NCBI GenBank assembly: GCA_964534375.1
Contig: CAZHPN010000071.1
Span: 1-26,878, forward strand
Reading direction: 5' to 3'
DNA: 26,878 bases
From: an uncultured bacterium
GTDB lineage: Bacteria > Lernaellota > Lernaellaia > Lernaellales > Lernaellaceae
Shown one piece after another: positions 8,854 through 19,684 of the stretch. Every line of letters begins with the position of its first letter. Position 1 is the stretch's first letter. The position numbers and the translations under genes are program-made. Under the pieces are notes generated by a model, which was not told the origin of the DNA, made no database searches, and worked only from the letters and a program-made list of their open reading frames with translations.

Positions 8854-9734
8854 CGCCCGAGCGCGCCCGCCGGCGGGGCGACGCCCAGGCGCTACGCACC
8901 ACGGCGATGGACATGCACGTCCATACGAACTTCTCCGACGCCAAGATCGCCGTCGCCGAGCTGATCGCGGAGGTGCAGCGCCGCCGCTTCGGCGTGTCGG
9001 TCTGCGACCACAACGAGATTCGCGGCTCGATCGCGCTGTGGGACAGCGGACGAGTCGTGACGCTGCCGGGCATCGAAATCGGCAGTCAGGAGCGGATGGA
9101 GTTTTTGCTGTACTTCCCGACGCCCGAGGCGCTGGAAGGCTACTACGTGCGGAACGTCGAGCCCTTCAAGAAAAGCCGGTTCTTCGCGATGCTGGACCGC
9201 TCGTTCGTGGCGCTGGCGCCGGCCGCCAAGGAGGAAGGCGCGGTCGTCTGCCTGCCGCACCCGTTCGCGCCGGGCTGGAAGAACTTCAACTTCAACGCCT
9301 CGCGTAAACGCAAGTTCCTCGATCCCGACTTCCTGGCGAACGTCGACCTGATCGAGGTGATCAACAGCCACGTGACTGACGGCCGCAATTTCAAGGCGTT
9401 CATGCTTAGCGAAATCCTCGACAAATCGGTCAGCGCCGGCTCCGACGCGCACCGCCTCGACGAGGTCGGCTCGGCCTACCTAAGTTTCGACGGCAACCTG
9501 ACGGCGAGCGAGATCTTTGCGATCCTGCGCAGCCGCATCAAGGTCGGCTCGGAGCAGCGTTTCCGCTATGCGCGCACCGTCAACACCTCGCGCGGCGTCA
9601 TCTTCAACCACCTCAAACTGTTTTTCGGCAAGAAGAAACAGGCCCGCTGGATGCTGCCCTACGACGACAACCGGCCGTACGACCCGGACGTCATGCACGA
9701 ACGCCGCCGCGGGGGCGACCGCCGGCGCGGCTGA
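8850..9734 (+). CDS. PHP-domain (polymerase/histidinol phosphatase-like) phosphoesterase
   Basis: Motifs DMHVHT, CDHN, GIEI, PHPF and GSDAH. GTGA start/stop overlap with the rhodanese gene; alternative ATG at 8907. Confidence 0.88.
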   Translation: MTPERARRRGDAQALRTTAMDMHVHTNFSDAKIAVAELIAEVQRRRFGVSVCDHNEIRGSIALWDSGRVVTLPGIEIGSQERMEFLLYFPTPEALEGYYVRNVEPFKKSRFFAMLDRSFVALAPAAKEEGAVVCLPHPFAPGWKNFNFNASRKRKFLDPDFLANVDLIEVINSHVTDGRNFKAFMLSEILDKSVSAGSDAHRLDEVGSAYLSFDGNLTASEIFAILRSRIKVGSEQRFRYARTVNTSRGVIFNHLKLFFGKKKQARWMLPYDDNRPYDPDVMHERRRGGDRRRG

Positions 9735-9862
9735 CAAAGCGCGGCGGTCTTTGCGCAAAGCTCGCCGCATTCTCCGGCCGCGGCCGCGCAACGATATGGA
9801 TGCGATCGATCGCGTTGACCGCGCCTGACAAAACCGGCCTGCTCATTTGTTCCCGCCCTTTC

Positions 9863-9890
9863 TTCCTTTTTCCTTTTTCCTTTTTCCTTT
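9863..9890. repeat. Simple sequence repeat (TTCCTTT)x4
   Basis: Four perfect heptamers ending 11 nt before the ATG at 9902. Confidence 0.85.
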
Positions 9891-9901
9891 ATGCTCCCTC
9901 C

Positions 9902-11575
9902 ATGCTTCGCCCCTTGTTCCGCTGGGTTCTCTGGCTCTGCCTGGCCGCTTGGTTTGCGTCCGGCGTGGGCGGCCTGGCGACCCCCGCCGAACGGCTGACG
10001 TACGCGCAGGTGCGGGCGCTGGCGCGGCTGACGCCGGACCTCGCGCCCGATCGGCGCCTGCTCGGCGAGAACGGCGCCGGCCCGTTGCCATTGCGCGAAA
10101 GGCCGGGCGCCGCGCTCGCCGCGCTGCCGTTTTATGCGCTCGGGCGCTGGATCGGCGGCATCGTGCACGACGACGCGGCCGACCCGCTGGGCGTCGCCGC
10201 GCAGACGACCGGCCTGGCGGCCGCGGCCGCGGCCGCGACGGCGTTGACGCTGCTTGGCCTGATCGCGGTGCGGCTCGGCGTTCATCCGGCGGCGGCGTTG
10301 ACGACCGTCATCCTGTTGGCGGTCGGCTCGCCGTTGACGGCCTACGGCTCGCGGCTGGCCCCGCCGATCTTCGGGGTGTTGGCCGTCGCGCTGGCGGTCT
10401 ATTCGCTGCTGCAATTGCGCGAAAAAGACGAGCGGCTGCTGCCGCGGCTGCTGCTCGGCGCCGGCCTGGGCCTGATGTTCCTGCTCGACGATGCGATGCT
10501 CTTGCTGCTGCCGGCGATGCTGCTGTGGGCCGCCAGCCGCGCGCGGCAGCTTGTCGGCCGCCCGAGTTGGGCGATCGCGTTCCTGCCGCCGTTCCTGGCG
10601 GGGGCGCTGCTGTTCTTTGCGGTGAACGCGACGGCCTGGGGCAGCCCGTTCGCCGCGCCGGACAGCTTGTCGCTCGGCGTCCATTTCTGGCGCGAATACG
10701 GCGCCCATGCGACCTCGCTCGAAAACTTCGTTTTCCATCGCCTCGCGCCCGGCGCCGGTTTCTGGCTGTTCCAGCAGGGCACGGTTTCCGAGAGCCTCGC
10801 GTTCACGCGCCAGTTGCCGGCCGAGTTGCGGGGCCGGGTCTTTCTGGGTCTGTTCGCGTGGTTTCCGCTGCTCGCGGCGGGCTGGCTCGGCGCGTTTGCG
10901 ATGCGCGGGAACGACGCGCTGCGTCTGCCGCTGCGTTTGCTCGGCATCGGCTTCTGGCTGGCCGTGGGTCTGCGCGCCGCGGCCGCGCACTTTGCGGACC
11001 CGGCCCACTTCGACGCGGCGGCGCTGCTGCCATTCTGCTGTTCGATGTACGTCGGCCTCAGCTTTTTCCTCGACTACCACCTCGTCGTCATGCCTGGACT
11101 CATCTGGAAAAACCTACTGCGGCTGGCCTTCCTCGGCGCCTTGACGGTGTCGCTGGCCAATGGCTGGTGGGACGCCGCGGCGGCCGCCGGCGGGGCGCCG
11201 CCGCACGCGCTGACGGCGCTGATCCGCGCGCCGGGCGCGCCGCCGCTCGCGATCGGGGCGCCGTACGGACCGCTGCCCGCGTCGATTCACGACGCTTTCT
11301 TCCTGAATCTCGACCGGGCGGCCCGCTGGATTCGGCGAGATCCGGTCGGCTTTTTCGCGGCGCTTCGGCCCGGGCTCAACAACGCCGTGTTGTTCGTGCC
11401 GTTGCTCTGGGCGCTCGCGGTCTTGCCGGCATTGGCGGCGACGTTGGCGCGCCGCGTTCTGCGGCGGCGGGCGGCCGACAGCGAGGGTCCGCCGGCGGCG
11501 CCCGGCGAGAGCCCCGCGGCGGCCGGGCCGAACGACGACGGCGAGAAGGACCGCCCCGCCGAGAAGGGCGAGTAA
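9902..11575 (+). CDS. Multi-pass membrane protein, possibly GT-C (ArnT/PMT-like) glycosyltransferase fold
   Basis: Many hydrophobic helices, a PG...A.P.Y segment and an N...WGSP loop. High GC3 in this frame. Confidence 0.6.
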   Translation: MLRPLFRWVLWLCLAAWFASGVGGLATPAERLTYAQVRALARLTPDLAPDRRLLGENGAGPLPLRERPGAALAALPFYALGRWIGGIVHDDAADPLGVAAQTTGLAAAAAAATALTLLGLIAVRLGVHPAAALTTVILLAVGSPLTAYGSRLAPPIFGVLAVALAVYSLLQLREKDERLLPRLLLGAGLGLMFLLDDAMLLLLPAMLLWAASRARQLVGRPSWAIAFLPPFLAGALLFFAVNATAWGSPFAAPDSLSLGVHFWREYGAHATSLENFVFHRLAPGAGFWLFQQGTVSESLAFTRQLPAELRGRVFLGLFAWFPLLAAGWLGAFAMRGNDALRLPLRLLGIGFWLAVGLRAAAAHFADPAHFDAAALLPFCCSMYVGLSFFLDYHLVVMPGLIWKNLLRLAFLGALTVSLANGWWDAAAAAGGAPPHALTALIRAPGAPPLAIGAPYGPLPASIHDAFFLNLDRAARWIRRDPVGFFAALRPGLNNAVLFVPLLWALAVLPALAATLARRVLRRRAADSEGPPAAPGESPAAAGPNDDGEKDRPAEKGE

Positions 11576-11587
11576 GACGGGCCGCGG

Positions 11588-12889
11588 TCAGCGCGGGCGG
11601 GGGCCGACGCCGGTCTCTTTCGGATTCTCCGGCGCTTGCAGGAATAAGTCCAGATCCCACATGCGCTGCGGCGCCTGCACGCTGATTTCGAGCGGCGTGG
11701 GGTCCGCCAAGCGATCCGGCAGAATTGCGGCGAAGCGCACGATGACGCGGTCGCCGGCGGCCAGTTCGCGCCGGACGAGGCCGAGCGGCTCGCCAGCGAG
11801 TTTCGCCTGCGCCTCGACGTCCGCCGGATTGCCGCATTCGACTTCGAGCCACAGCATCTTGGCGACCGCCCGTGCGCTCACCGGCCCGGAGATGTCCGCC
11901 GCGACGGGTTGGGCGAGCTGAATCCGCCGCCGCGTCGCCGTCCAATCGCCGGCGTCGACGTCTTCGAGCTTGCCGCGCCACTCGTTGTACCGGATGCCGT
12001 CCGGGCAAGGCAGCGCGGCCCAGCCGGCCTCCGTCGACCGCAGCAGCCAACCCACGCGCGTCAAATACCGCGGCGGCCGCCAACCGCCGTGCGGCGCCGG
12101 CCGCATGCGGGTGACGTCGGGCCGCGCCGCGCCGATGCGGCCGACGAACCGCGCGGCGGCGCCATGCCCGGCGAGGCCGCACGCCTCATTGTCGTACAGC
12201 AGACCGCCGCGCGTCAGCCAGCGCATCGCCGGCGCGAACGGGAACGCGTGATGCAGCCGGCGAAGATCGGTCAACTCTTTGTCGAAACCGTGCGGCAGGC
12301 CGCAGTCCGCGTACGGAAACCGGCCGTTGTGCGCGCCGCGCAAGCCGACCCGCAAATGCTCGGCAGTCGAGAAGAAGGCGAAAACGAGCAGGCCGGCCCA
12401 CAGGGCTTTCAGCGCGCGGTCCTCGCTACGGCGAGTCAGCCATTCCCGCACCGGCGCCAACGGCCCGGCCAGCGCCAAACTCAAGAGCCACGCGGCCAGC
12501 GCCGCCGGCGTCAGCCACAAACGAAACACGCCGGGCAGCGCGGCATCCCAGCCCGGGTAGCCGGCGATGGTCGTCAGGCCGACCGCCGCCAGGGCGACGA
12601 AGGCGCCGAACAACCGGCGCGCCGCGAGATACGCCAAGAGAAAGCCGAGCAGCGTCCAGCCCACGGTGACGACGAACGGCGCCGCCGCGTCGCGCCACGG
12701 CGAGAGCAGCGCCGCCCACAGGCGCCCCGCATCACACCAACCCCGCCCCGATTGCGCCGCGGCGATCCAGGCCAGCGGCTCCGGGCGGACGATCCCGCCC
12801 GCGAGCACGGCCGCGTGCGAGCCGCCCGCGAAAAAGCAGAACAGCAACTTTTCCGTCAACGGCGAGGGTGAAATCGTTGGCTCCGGCAT
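11588..12889 (-). CDS. Hypothetical membrane protein (N-terminal TM helices, C-terminal soluble domain)
   Basis: Long ORF with a hydrophobic N-terminal half. No motif recognised. Confidence 0.55.
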   Translation of the reverse strand: MPEPTISPSPLTEKLLFCFFAGGSHAAVLAGGIVRPEPLAWIAAAQSGRGWCDAGRLWAALLSPWRDAAAPFVVTVGWTLLGFLLAYLAARRLFGAFVALAAVGLTTIAGYPGWDAALPGVFRLWLTPAALAAWLLSLALAGPLAPVREWLTRRSEDRALKALWAGLLVFAFFSTAEHLRVGLRGAHNGRFPYADCGLPHGFDKELTDLRRLHHAFPFAPAMRWLTRGGLLYDNEACGLAGHGAAARFVGRIGAARPDVTRMRPAPHGGWRPPRYLTRVGWLLRSTEAGWAALPCPDGIRYNEWRGKLEDVDAGDWTATRRRIQLAQPVAADISGPVSARAVAKMLWLEVECGNPADVEAQAKLAGEPLGLVRRELAAGDRVIVRFAAILPDRLADPTPLEISVQAPQRMWDLDLFLQAPENPKETGVGPRPR

Positions 12890-12969
12890 CGCGGCAAGAT
12901 AAGAAGAACGCAGGGATCGCGCAAGCGCGTGGACGGCTTTGGCGGCGCCGGATTAGCTTTTCGCCTTCC

Positions 12970-16395
<3,426 letters not shown>

Positions 16396-16399
16396 CGGT

Positions 16400-16999
16400 T
16401 CAATAGTCCCTGTTTTGTTTTCGCTGCCGATAAAGCCGCTCGGTGAACCCGCCCTCGGCCAGAAACGCCCGCTCCAACGCCTCTAATTGGCGCGCGAGCA
16501 GGTAACTCGCCTGGTTAATCAGGCAAATAATCGTGTTGGCCGCCGTCTCCGCGGCGGCGCCGCGAATGTTGTAAGGGTCTGACGAGTCCGACCGGTCTGA
16601 CTTGTCTGACCCGTCTGACCCGGCCGGCCTTTCTGACCCGCCCGGCAGATATTTGCGTCTCACGGCGAGCGCCTCGGGCGAATTTTTGGCCCACAGCCGC
16701 AGGCCTTTTTGGCGCAGAAAATCTTCGTAATCGAGCAGCAGCTCTTCAAGACTGGCGCGCGCCACGCCGGTCAGCTTCAACTCGGTCTTCTTCGAGGTCG
16801 CCGACGCCATGCTGCCCTCGGCGATGTTCTGCACGCCGCTCCGCGCGGCCTGAACCATTTGGTCGTGCGTGCGCGACCGCGGGTTCACAAACCGGTCGCA
16901 GAAGACGACCGTGGCGTCGTAAGCCGCCTGCGCCGTTTGGAAACTGCGCAATTTGCGATAGCCGCCATGCGGCGGAATCAACCGGCTGTCATCAGGCAT
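16400..16999 (-). CDS. Four-helix-bundle protein (23S rRNA IVP / Avd-like fold) with 'four helix bundle suffix' C-terminus
   Basis: [54 protein letters not shown] and [15 protein letters not shown]...EGGFTERLY. Internal SD-x repeats. Confidence 0.9.
   Translation of the reverse strand: MPDDSRLIPPHGGYRKLRSFQTAQAAYDATVVFCDRFVNPRSRTHDQMVQAARSGVQNIAEGSMASATSKKTELKLTGVARASLEELLLDYEDFLRQKGLRLWAKNSPEALAVRRKYLPGGSERPAGSDGSDKSDRSDSSDPYNIRGAAAETAANTIICLINQASYLLARQLEALERAFLAEGGFTERLYRQRKQNRDY
16577..16639. repeat. Nonamer array (GTCTGACnn) inside the four-helix-bundle gene
   Basis: gtctgacga gtccgaccg gtctgactt gtctgaccc gtctgaccc ggccggcct ttctgaccc; encodes [21 protein letters not shown]. Confidence 0.9.
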
Positions 17000-17047
17000 C
17001 GCCGCCCCCCCCGGTTAATGTTTCACGCGGCCCTGTCTTGGCGTCGA

Positions 17048-17101
17048 GTCGGACGAGTCTGACCGGTCTGACTTGTCTGACCCGTCCGACCCGGCCGACC
17101 C
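17048..17101. repeat. Nonamer array (GTCTGACnn), upstream copy
   Basis: gtcggacga gtctgaccg gtctgactt gtctgaccc gtccgaccc ggccgaccc. Confidence 0.9.
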
Positions 17102-17218
17102 GCCCGGATCGGCCGCGTTCGTTCTTCGCGCCAATCGACGCCGTCTCGGCGCCGAGTCACATTGGCGCGACTCAGCCGCCATTTTTCGTCGCCTCGACCC
17201 GCGCGGCCCCTGCGGCGA

Positions 17219-17263
17219 GTCTGACTTGTCTGACCCGTCTGACTTGTCTGACCGATCCGACTC
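17219..17263. repeat. Nonamer array (GTCTGACnn), third copy
   Basis: gtctgactt gtctgaccc gtctgactt gtctgaccg atccgactc. Confidence 0.88.
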
Positions 17264-17309
17264 GGCCGCATGCTTTCTGTCCGCCGAAAGGCGCGCCGAG
17301 GCGCCATGA

Positions 17310-17523
17310 TGTCGGCGGCCTTCAGGTGAAACGTGTCTTCCGGCACCCGGAACGTCAGGGAGAAGTAATCACAGCCCCCGCTCCAGTCATCGTGATACTG
17401 ATGCTCGACTCTATATTTCGAATTGACCACAGCCGCTATGAGAGGCTGTTCGTCCATTTTCTTGTAATACGACGCAAGTGCGGCAAGAAGGGGCTCCGCG
17501 TGTTCTTCAAGGTAATATGCCAT
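17310..17523 (-). pseudogene. Truncated N-terminal fragment of an accessory protein (resembles N-termini of R-M-associated TIR-domain proteins)
   Basis: The ATG at 17523 overlaps the hsdS end. MAYYLEEHAEPLLAALASYYKKMDEQPLIAAVVNSKYRVEHQYHDDWSGGCDYFSLTFRVPEDTF then degenerates into repeat-derived sequence. The family call is from recall of the DNWNGG-type motif. Confidence 0.5.
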
Positions 17524-18748
17524 TCGACACCCCCGACAGCAGCTTCGGCAACAGCGCGTCGCGTACGACAGAAAGCGTGCGCATCTGTCGTTCGTTCTGT
17601 ACCTTTCGATCAAGCAGAGCGCCAACGATACGATCAAATGCAAGCGAAATGGCCGCGGGCGGCACGACGATCCGCAGGTTCCTAAGGGAAGTCAAAGGAC
17701 GAGCAATCGCCGGAACGCCCGTGGTTGATGTGTTTGCGAGAAGATCACGCATTCCAGACGAAACAGCGAAATGAAGATAGACGTAGGTACGACTGATCCT
17801 CTTCTCGTCCACTTCAAGCAGCATTTGGCTTTGAGACACGACGTATCGGTCAAACCGTGCCATTGTCGGAATCATCCCAACTTGGCCAAGCGTCCCCCGA
17901 TGTGTAAAGACGATTGCACCGGGCGAAGCGTTGGAGCCTTTTAGTTCGTCGGCCTTCTGTGCCGTCAAATAGACGAAGTTGTCATCAACGAAACCGTTGT
18001 TCATATTTCTGCCGCGAACCACCGGAACACCGGCGGGAACGAAGTTGTCGGTTTTGATATTCGATCCAAACGGCCCCATCGCCAGACGCAGTGCGATCGT
18101 TTCGATCGTCGCAACGGCCCACTCCTTCGGAATCTTCCCCAACTCGGAATCGACAAACGAGGAGGGAAACAACGCGGCGGTGGCGTCGTACATGCCATCG
18201 GGGCGGCGGCCGGCGGCCTTGGCACGGACGGGATCAAAGTCCACGAACCACGACTTGAACAGTGCCCGCGCCATCGCCTCCAGCGTCTCGTTCATGCGCC
18301 GGTTCAACTCGATCTTGTCGTCTAGCGTGCTCAGGACGTGCGCGATACGCTTTTGCTCGACGAGGGGCGGAACGCGGATGCGAATTGGATGAATATAATT
18401 CCGATTCAGCGACGGTTGCGCGCTGCCGGAGTTGAAGCGAGAGAAGTCAATAGACTTTAGCAGATAGTAAGCAAAACGTTCATCGTTTTCATGGAAGTCG
18501 ATGACATAGAGCGCGGTGTTCAATGGCCAGTAATCGGACGCGCAGTAGTTGACGACGCCGAATGACGCGCCACTCCGACCTACCATGACACCAGGGCCTT
18601 TCGCTTTCGCCTCGTCATGCCATCCGGTCAAACCGAAAGAACCCATTACTGGTATTTTACCAGGACGGCGCACTTGATCCGGCAGATCATGCCCCCTCTG
18701 AAGGGTAACGAAGTCGCCAAGGCCTATGTCGCTCCAACTACTCGCCAA
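17507..18748 (-). CDS. hsdS: Type I restriction-modification specificity subunit S
   Basis: Two TRDs with the conserved spacer PPLVEQKRIAHVLSTLDDKIELNRRMNETLEAMARALFKSWFVDFDPV and the C-terminus RDALLPKLLSG. TTG start. Confidence 0.95.
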   Translation of the reverse strand: MASSWSDIGLGDFVTLQRGHDLPDQVRRPGKIPVMGSFGLTGWHDEAKAKGPGVMVGRSGASFGVVNYCASDYWPLNTALYVIDFHENDERFAYYLLKSIDFSRFNSGSAQPSLNRNYIHPIRIRVPPLVEQKRIAHVLSTLDDKIELNRRMNETLEAMARALFKSWFVDFDPVRAKAAGRRPDGMYDATAALFPSSFVDSELGKIPKEWAVATIETIALRLAMGPFGSNIKTDNFVPAGVPVVRGRNMNNGFVDDNFVYLTAQKADELKGSNASPGAIVFTHRGTLGQVGMIPTMARFDRYVVSQSQMLLEVDEKRISRTYVYLHFAVSSGMRDLLANTSTTGVPAIARPLTSLRNLRIVVPPAAISLAFDRIVGALLDRKVQNERQMRTLSVVRDALLPKLLSGVSNGILP

Positions 18749-18917
18749 ACCCCAACCCCTTCATATTCTTCCGAATATCCTTCTCCAGCTTGGCCGACTC
18801 CGCGACTTGCGCCTCCAGGTCGGCCACGAGGCGCTTCATCTTGTCGGCGAACGGCTCGTCGTATTCCTCGTTCTCTGTCGCGCCGAAGCAACGGCAAGCC
18901 ACAAACTCCGCTTCCAC
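18738..18917 (-). other. Duplicated hsdM 3' end (59-aa mini-ORF ...[40 protein letters not shown]) overlapping the hsdS start
   Basis: 18751-18862 matches 19692-19803 at 103/112 nt by manual alignment. The frame is open from GTG at 18917 to TAG at 18738. Confidence 0.8.
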
Positions 18918-18929
18918 TCGCCTACCTGC

Positions 18930-19229
18930 TCATGTACCTTGGATCACCTCATATTTCTTTTCAATCACCTTACGGAAGCTTTTGGTTGTGGCCGCCCAGT
19001 CGATCACATCGACGCGAAAGGGCAGGTCCGACTCCTCGAAGGCTTCGCGCAGCAGGCGCAAGGTATCCGAGTCGAGTTTGCGCCGCCCGACGACGGCCAG
19101 ATCGAGGTCCGAATATTTCTTGGTCGTTCCGGCGACGCGGGAGCCGAAGGCGCGAACTTCGCATTCCGGCACGTGCGCCGCCAGGATGCACCGGATCGTT
19201 TGCAAATGGTTGGGGTTGACGTCAATCAT
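18930..19229 (-). CDS. Minimal nucleotidyltransferase (MNT) antitoxin
   Basis: FGSRVAGTTKKYSDLDL (GS-x10-DxD) and LREAFEESDLPFRVDVIDW. Confidence 0.92.
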   Translation of the reverse strand: MIDVNPNHLQTIRCILAAHVPECEVRAFGSRVAGTTKKYSDLDLAVVGRRKLDSDTLRLLREAFEESDLPFRVDVIDWAATTKSFRKVIEKKYEVIQGT

Positions 19230-19644
19230 TTCGCGCTTGCAGGGCCTTTAGCAGCTTCTGGGCGTCGCGGGCGAACTCGTGCGCCGCCTTATAGACGCTC
19301 TGGGCAATGTGGGGGTCGTACGAGTGCGAGGTCTGATTCCTCGCGGCGTTGTGCCGCATCCATTGCTCCACGTCGTCGATCAACCGGCTCTCCGCGGCCA
19401 GCCGAAAGAGTTCGCGCCGCGTCACGCCGTCCGCGGCGTCGGGGCTGACGTTCGTTTCCAGCCAGCGCTTCATGAACTTCCAGGACAATTCGTAGGTGAA
19501 CTCGAAGTGCTGGATGACGCCGGACTTGATCGCGTTCCGGGCCATTTTATCCAGTCCGCGCATAAATTCCACGTTGTTGCTTGTCGCCAACACGCCATTC
19601 AACGCGGCAACGGCTTTCTTCAGGCTGCGAAGGTCAAGCGGCAT
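19222..19644 (-). CDS. HEPN toxin, HI0074-family nucleotidyltransferase substrate-binding protein
   Basis: GVIQHFEFTYELSWKFMKRWL and the R-x4-H motif RNQTSH. Overlaps the MNT start. Confidence 0.92.
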   Translation of the reverse strand: MPLDLRSLKKAVAALNGVLATSNNVEFMRGLDKMARNAIKSGVIQHFEFTYELSWKFMKRWLETNVSPDAADGVTRRELFRLAAESRLIDDVEQWMRHNAARNQTSHSYDPHIAQSVYKAAHEFARDAQKLLKALQARND

Positions 19645-19684
19645 GCTTCATCTCCCGCATTTCTTAGAATTGCAGTTTTCGATC

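Noticed and set aside
16577..17263. CRISPR array
   Set aside because: The units are tandem 9-mers without regular unique spacers, and there are no cas genes.
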